64,000 bases of DNA from an uncultured Pseudomonadota bacterium (GCA_903844895.1 CAIMVM010000247.1:32-64031); one strand, 5' to 3'. Counted from the stretch's first letter, positions 1 to 10,600 are shown. The notes: generated by a model from the sequence alone, not told the origin. Numbers and translations: made by a program.

Positions 1-174
1 CAAATAATGGTATCCTTAAGAGTCGATCCAAGAAACGATAGTTTCTAATTGTAGTCTAACGTAGTCTGCTTGAGGGGGTGGATTTTTGAATGTCACAAAT
101 CCCTTTCCAGCGTATAGTTTGTTATAAATTGCCCCATAAGCCTCAGGTCGTTTTGTAAGGATAAGGAGTCAGCA

Positions 175-474
175 ATGGCGAATATGTTCAAAGCTGAGAA
201 AATGCCAAAGCAAGTAAAAAACAGATGGCCGTTATTACCGAGAATTGGCTTAGTAGTGGATTTTGCAGGTACTAAATACAGTTACAAATATGTTTCCGTA
301 GTTGAAACCATGGCTGCCATGCTCTCTGAGGGCCCGATAACATTGTCGCGATTTAAAAAGTTGATTAGTACTCAATTTAAAGAGATTGAGTTTCCATCCA
401 TGAATTCTGGCCAAGTTGTCGACACGACAGCTAAATCCCATGGCTCCATCCAAACGTCGCATTCAGAAACATAG
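175..474 (+). CDS. hypothetical protein (99 aa)
   Basis: Intact ORF with an AAGGAG Shine-Dalgarno at 163-168, 6 nt before the ATG. No family recognised. Confidence 0.4.
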   Translation: MANMFKAEKMPKQVKNRWPLLPRIGLVVDFAGTKYSYKYVSVVETMAAMLSEGPITLSRFKKLISTQFKEIEFPSMNSGQVVDTTAKSHGSIQTSHSET

Positions 475-494
475 CAGAATTCTGCTAAAAGGAT

Positions 495-1118
495 CTACTG
501 CAGCAGTTCAGAGGTGACGGAAATATAGTTTCCAACAGAGGTAATGCCGATACTTTTCAAGGCTTCTTGCCACATATTTTGGGGTGAGATGGAAAAGATA
601 AGGGATTTGTCCCAAGGGATTTCAATCCACCAGCCTTCAGCGACCTCTTTATCAAGCTGCTCGGCGCTCCAACCTGAATATCCTAAAATGAATCTAAATG
701 GTAATGTCGTTACAAAGCGATCTAAGTCTTTGTCTGCTTCGGTGAGCTGTTCGAAATGCTGCCATATGATGTCTTCTGTAATCATAGGATTGGCGGTTGT
801 GATAATCCCTTCGCGAATAGTTAGCTGATCCTCATCGGATTCATTCCACTCGATGCCAAGTTCGTTAAGTTTATGAGTGTCACAAAGTAGGAAGCCTCTT
901 TGCTCATCGACTGGGCCACCGTACCAAGCGTTATATATTGCGGGACCTAAGGATTTTTCGCCTAAATACACTTCGTCGAGATTCAAATCTCGCGGCTTGT
1001 TGAGGACAAAACCAAAAGCGCCATATTGGTCATTCTCTAATAAAAGAATAACAGTTTCACGAAAAATGGCGTCGAGCATATTGGGGCTTGAAGCAATAAG
1101 TCTAACCTTGTGCTGCAT
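495..1118 (-). CDS. YqgE/AlgH family (UPF0301) protein
   Basis: The 207-aa product begins 'LIASSPNMLDAIFRETVILLLENDQYGAFGFVLNKP' and has 'GGPV' further on, as is typical of YqgE/AlgH. Confidence 0.8.
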   Translation of the reverse strand: MQHKVRLIASSPNMLDAIFRETVILLLENDQYGAFGFVLNKPRDLNLDEVYLGEKSLGPAIYNAWYGGPVDEQRGFLLCDTHKLNELGIEWNESDEDQLTIREGIITTANPMITEDIIWQHFEQLTEADKDLDRFVTTLPFRFILGYSGWSAEQLDKEVAEGWWIEIPWDKSLIFSISPQNMWQEALKSIGITSVGNYISVTSELLQ

Positions 1119-1454
1119 GGGGGGTCCTTAACTGAAGTGAATCCGTCTCTTACTCTAAATTGTAATATAAATGACGTAACTTCACAAACGCTCGGTGTTT
1201 AATTAAGGCACATAGACATCAGAGGTAAAAATTTCGCCTGACTTAGATCGAAGTTGTAACAATCGGCTAGGTCTTCTAGTTAAAGGCCTATGTTTTCTAA
1301 ATTGGAACGTGCCATGAAACATAGATCACTGATGTCACACCCAGACTGCAATAGAAGCGGTCTCGATCCGAGGCTATTCTATAGCAAAACATCATCATAG
1401 TTTCTAAAGCAGGGAAGCGCCTAGCTCATGGGGGGCGGCTTTGACTAGAAGCTT

Positions 1455-1590
1455 GAGCCAAAGCGGGGAGTAGAGGCGGAGAGTAGAAGCGGAGAGTAGA
1501 AGCGGAGAGTAGAAGCGGAGAATAATAGCAGTGAATTTTGGTCGTAGACGGGAAGCGTGATGTTGTTGACGGGGGGCAAAGTTAAGTCAG
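1455..1590 (+). promoter_or_regulatory. candidate yybP-ykoY (Mn2+) riboswitch, atypical because it contains a tandem repeat
   Basis: GGGGAGTAG (1465-1473) and TTGTTGAC (1563-1570) match the two most conserved strings of yybP-ykoY aptamers as I recall them. The element lies in the 5' leader of a TerC-family gene, which is a canonical target. I could not draw the full P1 pairing by eye. Confidence 0.45.
1463..1527. repeat. tandem repeat, 13-bp unit x5 (GCGGAGAGTAGAA; first and last copies diverged)
   Basis: Direct reading gives units at 1463-1475, 1476-1488, 1489-1501, 1502-1514 and 1515-1527. The three central copies are identical. Confidence 0.95.
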
Positions 1591-1620
1591 TAATAACAAC
1601 ATGATAAATTTATCCATTAT

Positions 1621-1651
1621 ATAGATAGTTGGCTACCACAATATCTATTTT
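1621..1651 (+). terminator. AT-rich hairpin plus T-run, a possible riboswitch expression platform
   Basis: ATAGATA (1621-1627) pairs with TATCTAT (1642-1648) and is followed by TTT. It sits 45 nt upstream of the terC start. The stem is weak. Confidence 0.3.
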
Positions 1652-1695
1652 AGTAGTAGAATGTAACATGCGACAACTATGGGCTATAAGGAGAC

Positions 1696-2712
1696 ATGAT
1701 GATTTATTTTCCATTTGCGGACTATTGGTGGTTTTATGGCCTGTTTTTAATTTTAGTGGCGAGTCTCATTACGCTCGACTTAGGAGTCTTTCATAAAAAG
1801 AGTCACGAGGTTGGTTTTAAAGAGGCTGCTACCTGGAGTGTGGTTTGGGTTACTCTAGCACTCCTATTTAATGTTGGTTTTTACTATTTTTCACTTCACG
1901 AGTTTCAAACGGACTCTCGCTTCTTAGCACTTGCAAACTTTAGTCCCGAAGGAGTAGCAAAACAGTTAAGTCTCGAGTTTCTTGCCGGTTACGTTGTGGA
2001 GAAGACTCTAGCGGTTGATAACCTATTTGTGTTCGTCATTATCTTTAGTTACTTTTCCATTCCACCTAAGTATCAGCATAAGTTGCTTTTTTGGGGCATT
2101 CTAGGAGCTTTATTCTTTAGGGCAGTATTTATTTCTATTGGTGCTGTTTTGATGCAGTATCACGAGGTTGTAATATTATTTGGTGTGTTTTTGATTTTCA
2201 CGGGATTGAAAATAGGATTTTCAAAAGACGAAGAAACAAACCCTGGGGACCGCCTCTTTGTAAAGTGGCTCAGAAAAGTTCTCCCGATGTCGACTCGCAC
2301 CGATCATGGCCACTTTTTTGTGAGAGAAAACTCAATTTGGAAAGCGACGCCGCTTTTTCTAGCTCTCGTTGTGATCGAAGTATCAGATATTATATTCGCA
2401 GTAGATTCTGTTCCGGCGATATTTGCTATCACCAAGGAGCCGCTGGTCGTTTTTACCTCTAATGTTTTCGCGATTCTAGGAATCAGGTCCCTTTACTTTT
2501 TATTGGCAGGCGTTATTAAAAAGTTTCATCTACTGAAATATGGTTTAGCTGTCATATTGGTGTTTGTCGGACTTAAGATGGTTTGGCTCAACGACCTTTT
2601 TGATGGGAAGTTTCCCATTAGTTGGTCTTTATTGATTATCTTTGGCGTGTTGTTTTTGACCGGCATATTATCAGTGCTATTTCCTCCCGCAGGCGACAAA
2701 GGACAGGAATGA
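1696..2712 (+). CDS. TerC/Alx family integral membrane protein
   Basis: 338-aa polytopic membrane protein. 'LDLGVFHKKSHEVGFKEAATWSVVWV' and 'VIEVSDIIFAVDSVPAIFAIT' are typical TerC repeats. Confidence 0.85.
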   Translation: MMIYFPFADYWWFYGLFLILVASLITLDLGVFHKKSHEVGFKEAATWSVVWVTLALLFNVGFYYFSLHEFQTDSRFLALANFSPEGVAKQLSLEFLAGYVVEKTLAVDNLFVFVIIFSYFSIPPKYQHKLLFWGILGALFFRAVFISIGAVLMQYHEVVILFGVFLIFTGLKIGFSKDEETNPGDRLFVKWLRKVLPMSTRTDHGHFFVRENSIWKATPLFLALVVIEVSDIIFAVDSVPAIFAITKEPLVVFTSNVFAILGIRSLYFLLAGVIKKFHLLKYGLAVILVFVGLKMVWLNDLFDGKFPISWSLLIIFGVLFLTGILSVLFPPAGDKGQE

Positions 2713-3305
2713 CTCGAGAGAGAAGAGGTATCGCTGAGGAGCTGAGGACAATTCTCCCCATTCTCCAGCAGGGCCCTATATCGATAGGAGCCCTTCTTTC
2801 AGCCTTCGGTCACAGAGGCTTAGCCCTTTTGTCTGCTGTAGTTTCTACCCCTTTTCTTCTTCCGATTCCTATTCCTGGGCTTTCTTCAGTTTTATGTTGG
2901 ATTATCATTTTTTCAGGTATCAGTATTGCTGTAGGTAGATTGCCTAAATTGCCCAAGCGTTGGATATCAAAAAAAATAACGTTTCCTAGTCATATCTTTG
3001 TGCGTCTTGAATCCTATGCCGAAAAACTCGAAAAGTTTATAAAGCCGAGATTTTATCCTAAGAGCCATTTATTTGACCGCCTAGTTGGAGTTGCTATTAT
3101 TCTTGCGGCGGTAGTTTTAGGGCTTCCTTTGCCGCCAGGAGGTAATGTCTTGCCAGCTGTTTCTATAATTCTGCTCTGTGTGGGCTACTTAGAGGCAGAT
3201 GGCTTGGCTGTGATGTTGGGGGGCGGGTTATTACTGGTGATTCTTGGAGTTTTAGTTTTTATGGCAGATTGGATGGCAAAATATGTGGGCTCACTTTGGG
3301 GGTAA
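2709..3305 (+). CDS. ExoD-like membrane protein (exopolysaccharide synthesis ExoD family)
   Basis: I chose the ATG at 2709, which overlaps the terC TGA (ATGA). 'ISIGALLSAFGHRGLALLSAVVSTPFLLPIPIPGLSS' followed by 'GRLPKLPKRW' resembles ExoD family proteins. The longer ORF from 2622 lies inside terC. Confidence 0.65.
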   Translation: MTRERRGIAEELRTILPILQQGPISIGALLSAFGHRGLALLSAVVSTPFLLPIPIPGLSSVLCWIIIFSGISIAVGRLPKLPKRWISKKITFPSHIFVRLESYAEKLEKFIKPRFYPKSHLFDRLVGVAIILAAVVLGLPLPPGGNVLPAVSIILLCVGYLEADGLAVMLGGGLLLVILGVLVFMADWMAKYVGSLWG

Positions 3306-3308
3306 TCC

Positions 3309-4190
3309 ATGAATTGGCTTAATTATCATCATTTGTACTATTTCTATGTCATCGCCCAAGAAGGTAGTGTCACGAAAGCAACTAAAAAGCTTCGTCTGGC
3401 ACAGTCAACCTTATCGACCCAGCTAAAGCAATTTGAAGATGTCATCGGACACGAGCTCTTTGAGCGCAAGGGGAAGAGCATTTTTTTGACTGACATGGGG
3501 CGGCAAGTGTTAGAGTACGCACATGAGATTTTTTCGTTAGGTCAAGAGTTGAAAGATTCCCTTTCTGATCGGAACAAACTTGGAATTGTAAAGGTTCAGA
3601 TTGGCATTATTGATTCCATTCCTAAGTCGATATCTGAATCGCTACTGGATTTCATTTTTTCGTTGGAAAATGTTGCAGTTCGCCTGGAGGAAGGATCAGA
3701 GGAAAGTCTTATAGAAAAACTCGAAGAGCATGAAATTGATTTGCTAATTTCAGATAGAAAACCCGAAATGAAGAAGAATCGGCGTTTGATATACAAAGAA
3801 CTTCACGAGATGGAGTATTTCTTTGGAGCGCACAGAAATTTAAATTTTGAGACATGGGAACAAGCTGTTTCAAAGGGTAACTTCGTGTTTAGACTACCTT
3901 ACGATCCTGGGCTTGATATCTATGAAGCAGCAGTATCGGAAGGTAAAGCAACTTTTAGGGTTTTAGCAGAGCTTCATGATGCGGAAATCCATCAAAGACT
4001 TATTAAGTCAGGCAAAGCAGTTGGAGCCATTTCTGACTTGGCATTTAAAGAGGTGTCGGGTTTGGTTAAGCTGAGCAAAAAACCTGCTTTTAAAGAAGTC
4101 TTATGGATGATTTCTGCTCGGCGCAAACTTCAAAACCCTATTGCTCAAAAAGTCTGGAATAACTTTCACATGTCAGATAAAATGCTTTAA
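3309..4190 (+). CDS. LysR-family transcriptional regulator (NhaR-like N-terminus)
   Basis: 'LNYHHLYYFYVIAQEGSVTKATKKLRLAQSTLSTQLKQFEDVIGHELFERKGK' is a LysR wHTH and closely resembles the NhaR subfamily. Confidence 0.8.
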   Translation: MNWLNYHHLYYFYVIAQEGSVTKATKKLRLAQSTLSTQLKQFEDVIGHELFERKGKSIFLTDMGRQVLEYAHEIFSLGQELKDSLSDRNKLGIVKVQIGIIDSIPKSISESLLDFIFSLENVAVRLEEGSEESLIEKLEEHEIDLLISDRKPEMKKNRRLIYKELHEMEYFFGAHRNLNFETWEQAVSKGNFVFRLPYDPGLDIYEAAVSEGKATFRVLAELHDAEIHQRLIKSGKAVGAISDLAFKEVSGLVKLSKKPAFKEVLWMISARRKLQNPIAQKVWNNFHMSDKML

Positions 4191-4302
4191 GTTTCGCGGA
4201 GATGTTTTATCTATTAAAGCGATGGTAAATTGTTTAAATATCCATTTATTTAATAGACGAAAAGTGACGTATAGTAACCTATAGATTTTTTGGAGGGATA
4301 TT

Positions 4303-5199
4303 ATGAAAAGGTTCTTTTTGTTTTTCGCAACTAACTTAGCGATCATGCTGACGATTTCCGTTGTAGTTTCCTTGACTGGTGCTGGGCAGTGGATCACGGC
4401 AAATGGCATAAATTATTCTGCACTGATGGTTTTTTGCTTAATCTGGGGTATGGGAGGATCTTTTATATCTCTTCTTATCTCTAAGTGGATGGCTAAAAGG
4501 GCGATGGGTGTCCGCGTTATCGATCCCGTAACTAGCACAGGCGATGCGCAACGCCTTGTACAAAGAGTTTATAATCTTGCCGGCAAAGCGGGGCTAAGCA
4601 AGATGCCGGAAGTTGGAATTTATGAAAGCCCTGAGGTCAACGCCTTCGCAACTGGGCCATCACGTTCCAACAGCCTTGTAGCTGTATCCTCTGGTTTGTT
4701 AGACCGAATGAATGATGATGAAGTGGAAGGTGTTTTGGCTCATGAGATTGCCCACATTGCCAATGGCGATATGGTGACGATGACTCTTTTGCAAGGTATT
4801 GTGAACGCATTTGTGATGTTTTTTGCACGTATCGCAGCGTTCGCTATCAGCCAGGCCATGAGAAAAGACAACGAAGAGAACCGTGGTTTTGGATTTATGG
4901 AGCATATGATTGTATTTGCTTTTGAAATTGTTTTTGGAATTATAGGCTCTACGATTGTCATGGCCTTTAGTCGCCACCGCGAGTATAGAGCCGATAAGGG
5001 CGGATCGGATTTAGCTGGTAACGGTAAAATGATCGCTGCTCTTGAGAAGCTTCGCAGCATGACGCAGCTGGTAGATACCGAGCATTCCGCTTTAGCTGCA
5101 TTTAAGATCTCTGGTGGCACTCCCAAAGGAATCCGTTCTCTTTTTATGACTCACCCAAGTCTAGAGAGCAGAATTAGTGCCTTAAAAGAAGCAAGATAG
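4303..5199 (+). CDS. htpX: protease HtpX (M48 zinc metalloprotease)
   Basis: N-terminal TM helices and the zinc motif 'LAHEIAHIANGD'. Length is 298 aa. GGAGGG lies upstream of the ATG. Confidence 0.9.
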   Translation: MKRFFLFFATNLAIMLTISVVVSLTGAGQWITANGINYSALMVFCLIWGMGGSFISLLISKWMAKRAMGVRVIDPVTSTGDAQRLVQRVYNLAGKAGLSKMPEVGIYESPEVNAFATGPSRSNSLVAVSSGLLDRMNDDEVEGVLAHEIAHIANGDMVTMTLLQGIVNAFVMFFARIAAFAISQAMRKDNEENRGFGFMEHMIVFAFEIVFGIIGSTIVMAFSRHREYRADKGGSDLAGNGKMIAALEKLRSMTQLVDTEHSALAAFKISGGTPKGIRSLFMTHPSLESRISALKEAR

Positions 5200-5218
5200 G
5201 CGAAAGTTCTAGAATCAT

Positions 5219-5256
5219 AAAAAAAGCTATTCGAATACCTTCGAATAGCTTTTTTA
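5219..5256. terminator. bidirectional rho-independent terminator
   Basis: AGCTATTCGAA (5225-5235), loop TACC, TTCGAATAGCT (5240-5250), flanked by an A-run and a T5 run. It lies between the convergent htpX and methyltransferase genes. Confidence 0.75.
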
Positions 5257-5382
5257 ACATTTACAGGTCTCATCTGACGGCACTCTATCCACTTGTCTAC
5301 GGTGACTTTAGCTGTCAGTCAGGAATTCTGACTCGTGGAAGGGTAACATTATGGAGTGGCTCCATCTCTCTTGTATCAGATT

Positions 5383-6375
5383 CTAGTGAGTTCTTTCTAT
5401 CAACCACAACTTAAAGGGTGTCTGGCGGCTATAGTCTTCAGGGATATAGTCCGATGTAATTTCCTTTATCGTCACGTTTTTGAGTTTGCCGAAATTTTCT
5501 ACAAATCTCTGGTGGTTAGTAGAAAAGTAGAGCTTTCCCTTTGGTCTTAAAACAGAAAGGCATTCTTCAATTAGCAACGGATGATCTTTGAGAATATCTA
5601 AAAGTTCTTTGCCGCCTTTGGAGGTGGAGTAAGAAGGAGGATCTAGAAATATTAAATCCCAATTGCTACCACTTTTTTTAGCGTCGGATAGAAAGCTGAG
5701 ACCTTCCGCTTGGACTGTTTTATGCTTTAGACTTTGCAGGTCGTTAAGTTCCAGATTGGCTTCTAACCATGATAGGTATTTGGGTGACATATCCACTGAA
5801 GTTGTGGTTTTAGCGCCACCCTTAGCTGCATAAACTGTAAAGCTCCCCGTGTAGCAGTACAGATTCAGGACATCTTTGCCCCGTGATTCTTCCTCAAAAA
5901 GGAGTCTTGTTTTTCTGTGATCGCTAAATAGTCCGGTGTCTAAGTAGTCATTCAAATTGACAAGAAACTTTAGATGGCCTTCGTTGACCTCTAGATATTC
6001 TTCCTTGTGTTCTAGGCGCTCGTATCTCGGGCCATCTTCTTTACGTGTGGTGCGTTTTTTAAGGTAGATATGGTCTAGGGGGATTTTAAAGCCTTCCGCC
6101 AGCTTTTTGGCGATGGTTTCTAAATAAGGCAAACCTTCAGTCTGCTCCCTAGTGTATTCTCCAAGTACAAGATGTCCTTTGTACCAGTCTAAGACACATC
6201 TGACTTCGGGGATATCCCAGTGATAAATTCTAAAGACCTCAACATGGTCTCGGTCAAATTTTGTCTTAAGTTTTTTGTAGTTTTTTAAAGCTCTATTACA
6301 GAGCATTTCAGCGTGCTTTTCCGCTGTTTCAAAGGAAAACATTTTCGAAGTCATAGGTCCCTCAAGGGTGTTCAA
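5383..6375 (-). CDS. class I SAM-dependent RNA methyltransferase (RlmK/RlmI-like, Methyltrans_SAM type)
   Basis: 'VLNLYCYTGSFTVYAAKGGA' (SAM motif I) and 'DLIFLDPPSYS' (motif IV). The start at 6375 is TTG. An ATG at 6354 preceded by GAGG is an alternative start. Confidence 0.75.
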   Translation of the reverse strand: MNTLEGPMTSKMFSFETAEKHAEMLCNRALKNYKKLKTKFDRDHVEVFRIYHWDIPEVRCVLDWYKGHLVLGEYTREQTEGLPYLETIAKKLAEGFKIPLDHIYLKKRTTRKEDGPRYERLEHKEEYLEVNEGHLKFLVNLNDYLDTGLFSDHRKTRLLFEEESRGKDVLNLYCYTGSFTVYAAKGGAKTTTSVDMSPKYLSWLEANLELNDLQSLKHKTVQAEGLSFLSDAKKSGSNWDLIFLDPPSYSTSKGGKELLDILKDHPLLIEECLSVLRPKGKLYFSTNHQRFVENFGKLKNVTIKEITSDYIPEDYSRQTPFKLWLIERTH

Positions 6376-6377
6376 GT

Positions 6378-7460
6378 TTAGGCGTGAGTTTTAGCAAAAT
6401 TTTGCATGTACTGCTTTAGGGCTTCGATGCTTGCAAGGGGAAGGGCATTATATATTGATGCCCTGATTCCACCGACGGATCTATGACCACTCAGCCCAAT
6501 CAAATTTTGCTCCTCGGCTCCTTTTAAAAACTCTTTTTCAAGCTTATCACTTGGTAAAGTCCAGGTGATGTTCATAAGTGAGCGAGACTCTTTATCAGCA
6601 TGTCCTAGGTAAAGGCTAGGGTATTCGTCGATCATGCCATAAATAAGGCCGGCCTTTTCTTGGTTGCGGATAGCTAGAGCTTCTGTGCCGCCACTAGATT
6701 TAATCCAGTCGAGTACGTTTCGTAACATATAAATGCCCCATGTATTTGGGGTGTTATAGAGACTATCGTGCTCGGCGTAGGTCTTGTATTTAAGCATAGT
6801 TGTGAGGTTATCTTGAGCAGTTGCTAGGAAATTCTCCTCGACTAAAACCACAACGAGGCCAGAGGGGCCAATATTCTTCTGGGCGCCTGCATAAATCAAA
6901 GAATATTTAGTAATATCAATGGGTTTTGATGCAATGTCTGACGACATGTCAGCGATTAAGGGGACTCCCTGCGTCTCAGGTATGTGGTGCCACTGGGTAC
7001 CAAAAAGGGTGTTATTTGTTGTCATATGCACATAGCGGGCCTTAAGTGATAGGTCTAGCTCCCTTTGTTTGGGGATGTGGCGGTATAAATCAGCTGCTCC
7101 CGAATAGGCGATTCTGGTTTGCCCCAGAGACTTGGCTTCTTTGAGTGCTTTTTCGGACCAGCCGCCCGTTAATATATAATCCGCTGAATCTCCGGCTCTA
7201 AGAAAATTCATAGGTACAAGCCCGAATTGCAAAGACGCCCCACCGCTCATAAAGAGCACCTTGTAGTTCTTAGGGACCTTCATTACTTCACGTAAAAGAG
7301 CTTCAGCTTCCTTCATGAGCTGATCGAATGCCTCCGAGCGGTGACTGATTTCCATTACAGACATGCCCGTATCAGCAAAATTTAGAAGCTCAGCTTTTGC
7401 ACGCTCTAGCGCGGACTTGGGAAGTACGGAGGGACCAGAGTAGAAATTATGAACAGTCAT
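6378..7460 (-). CDS. serC: 3-phosphoserine aminotransferase
   Basis: 'HNFYSGPSVLPKSALERAKAELLNFADTGMSVMEISHRSEAF' and 'GGIRASIYNALP' are SerC hallmarks. GGGAGG RBS present. Confidence 0.9.
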   Translation of the reverse strand: MTVHNFYSGPSVLPKSALERAKAELLNFADTGMSVMEISHRSEAFDQLMKEAEALLREVMKVPKNYKVLFMSGGASLQFGLVPMNFLRAGDSADYILTGGWSEKALKEAKSLGQTRIAYSGAADLYRHIPKQRELDLSLKARYVHMTTNNTLFGTQWHHIPETQGVPLIADMSSDIASKPIDITKYSLIYAGAQKNIGPSGLVVVLVEENFLATAQDNLTTMLKYKTYAEHDSLYNTPNTWGIYMLRNVLDWIKSSGGTEALAIRNQEKAGLIYGMIDEYPSLYLGHADKESRSLMNITWTLPSDKLEKEFLKGAEEQNLIGLSGHRSVGGIRASIYNALPLASIEALKQYMQNFAKTHA

Positions 7461-7604
7461 GAAAGGCCTCCCAAATTCTAGCCGGTATTACGGCCTAAGT
7501 GCCATTAAAAATACACAACTTAGGGCTTTAAGTCAAAGGTGGGTCGTTGCAGTTAAGGGCAATTGCTGCTAAAAAATAGCCATTCCATTGTCTAGGGGGA
7601 CGTC

Positions 7605-10600
7605 GTGCTTATTCTTAAGGGATCTCAAGTGTTCTCTCGCTCTGCCCAAAATCGACTCCTTGGGGAATTAAAGTCGCAAAATAGTCAGATAGAAGAGATT
7701 TCCGCTTTTTATGTTCATTTTGTAAGTTTGAGTTCAGAACTTGCGCCCCATGAACTTGAAATATTAGAAAAGCTCTTAACATACGGCCCCAAGTCAGAGG
7801 GCAAAGGGACGTCTATTGAAACCCAAGATAGAACACAGATCGGGTGTGAGTTTACGGTCATTCCTCGCTTGGGAACCATCTCCCCTTGGGCCTCAAAAGC
7901 AACAGATATTTGCAAGAATGTCGGGCTGGAGAAAGTTTTAAGATTGGAGCGAGGGAAGTTTTTTCAAATTAAAGGAAATGTGACTAAGGAGGTGGTAGCC
8001 CCTTGGCTTCACGATCAAATGACTGAAAGTGTCATTCAAGAGTTAGGGGACGCAAAGCAACTTTTTAAGTCTTTAAAACCTAAGCCGGTCACATTGATAG
8101 AGATTAGAAAATACGGCAAACAGGCTCTTTTAGACGCCAATCAAAACCTTGGACTGGCACTTGCTCTCGATGAGATCGATTATCTTTTAAAAGCTTTTGA
8201 AGGCTTAGGGCGCGATCCGACGGATGTGGAACTTATGATGTTTGCTCAAGCAAACTCAGAGCATTGTCGCCATAAGATTTTTAACGCCTCTTGGAGTCTT
8301 GATGGTGTCCAGCGAGAAAAATCATTATTTCAAATGATCAAGAATACGTTTGAGAAAAGTCCCCATGGAATTCTTTCTGCCTACAAAGATAATGCCTCCG
8401 TTATGGAGGGTTTTGTTGGCAAAAGATTTCGTGTTGATTCCTCGAATCATACGTATCAGTCCTGCGAGGAACCTATTGATATACTCATGAAGGTCGAGAC
8501 CCATAATCACCCCACAGCAATCGCCCCTTATGCGGGTGCGGCTACCGGATCTGGTGGAGAAATAAGAGATGAAGGAGCTACAGGTCGAGGCTCAAAACCT
8601 AAGGCAGGCCTTGTGGGTTTTTCAGTCTCTAATTTGAAAGTTCCTGGCTATACTCTTCCTTGGGAACTAGACAACGGAAAGCCAGATCGCATGGCCTCGG
8701 CTCTTCAAATTATGATTGACGGGCCCTTAGGAGCGGCGGCCTTTAATAATGAATTTGGTCGGCCCGCACTAACGGGGTATTTCCGCACTTATGAACAGCG
8801 AATTTCCATGTCCCAAGGTTTCGAGGTTCGCGGCTACCATAAGCCCATCATGATTGCTGGGGGGTATGGAAATATAAGGCGTAATCACATTCAAAAGAAG
8901 TCCATGACTGCAGGAGCTAAAATCGTTGTCCTTGGGGGCCCTGCGATGCTTATCGGATTAGGAGGGGGGGCGGCCTCGTCAGTGGCTTCTGGCGACTCGC
9001 GAGAAAGTCTCGACTTTGCGTCTGTGCAACGAGACAACGCCGAGATGGAAAGAAGGTGTCAGGAAGTCATCGATAGTTGCACAGCGTTGGGAGATCAAAA
9101 TCCAATTTGTTATATTCATGATGTCGGCGCTGGAGGATTGTCCAATGCTGTTCCCGAGATCATAAATGACGGTGGGCTAGGCGGTGTGATCCAACTCAGA
9201 AATATTCCTTGTGATGAGCCTGAAATGTCGCCGTTGGAGCTTTGGTGTAACGAATCTCAGGAGCGGTATGTCCTTACAGTTGCCCAAGCAGACTTAGGTA
9301 GGTTTGAAGAAATGTGTCATAGGGAACGAGCACCCTTTGCGGTGATCGGTGAAACGACCATGGAAAAAAGACTCATTGTAGAAGACAGCTACTTTAACAA
9401 CAGACCCATTGATATGCCTCTTGACATACTCTTGGGAAAACCCCCTAAAATGCATCGTGAGGCCCGCAAGCATCCTGGTCCAGTGAATACCTTGCAACAT
9501 CAAAATTTGGATCTAAATGATGCCTTAACACGCCTTTTACAACTTCCAGCGATTGCAGATAAATCTTTTCTGATTACCATTGGGGACCGTTCCGTAACAG
9601 GCCTTGTAGCTAGAGACCAAATGGTAGGGCCCTGGCAGATTCCTGTTGCTGATTGCGGCGTAACTGCGCTTTCCTATGAAGATACTTGTGGCGAAGCAAT
9701 GGCCATGGGTGAAAAAGGTCCTTTGGCAGTCGTTAATTATAGAGCTTCGGCACGAATGGCGGTAGGTGAAGCCATTTTGAATCTAGCAGCAGCTGATGTA
9801 GAGAAATTAGAAGACATCCGACTTTCTGCAAATTGGCAAGCAGCCGCGGGCCATGAACGTGACGGCGCAGGTTTATATGAAGCTGTAGAGGCCATAGGAA
9901 TGGACCTTTGTCCGCAACTAGGAATTGCCATTCCAGTGGGAAAAGATTCGATGTCCATGCAAACCAGTTGGTCCGAAGTAGATTCTAATGGAACGCGCTC
10001 AAATAAAACTGTGACATCTCCCATGTCTCTCGTGATTTCGGCGTTTTCTCGTGTCCAAGATGTCAGACGAACCTGGACTCCCGAGCTTCGTCATGTGGAA
10101 GGTGGAAGCCTTTTGGTTTGGGTAGATTTAGGTTGCGGAAAGTTTAGATTGGGTGGTTCTTGTTTGAGTCAAGTCTATAATCAAGTGGCAACGGAAACTC
10201 CTGATGTGGATGGAGATCTTTTAAAGAGATTTTTTGCTGCCGTTACTGATTTGCGAAGGAAAAACTTAGTTTTAGCCTATCATGATGTTTCAGATGGTGG
10301 TCTTCTTTTGACGGCTATTGAAATGGCTTTTGCTGGTCGGGCAAGTCTAGAACTCGATATTTCCGATTTTAAAGGAAGTGATTCCCAGGTGCTGTTCTCC
10401 GAAGAGCTAGGAGCTCTATTCCAGATAAAGTCAAGTGATCAGGATTCTTTTAGCCAGATTTTGAATCACCATGGAATCGATTCCCTCCATGTGATGAGTT
10501 CGGTTACAAAGGGGACTTCCATTTCTGTGATACGCGATGGCAAGAACGTTTTATCTAGGGAACGACCTGAGCTGATGTCTCTTTGGTCGAAATTAAGCTA

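Noticed and set aside
1463-1527. Possibility that the tandem repeats at 1463-1527, 33586-33657 and 61722-61774 are CRISPR arrays
   Set aside because: The units are 10-13 bp and directly abutting, with no spacers, and no cas genes are present. They are simple tandem repeats.
4740-5126. 128-aa ORF antisense to htpX (with two shorter ones at 4637-4828 and 4699-4977)
   Set aside because: It lies entirely inside the well-supported htpX frame on the opposite strand. It has no RBS and its composition is typical of antisense read-through.
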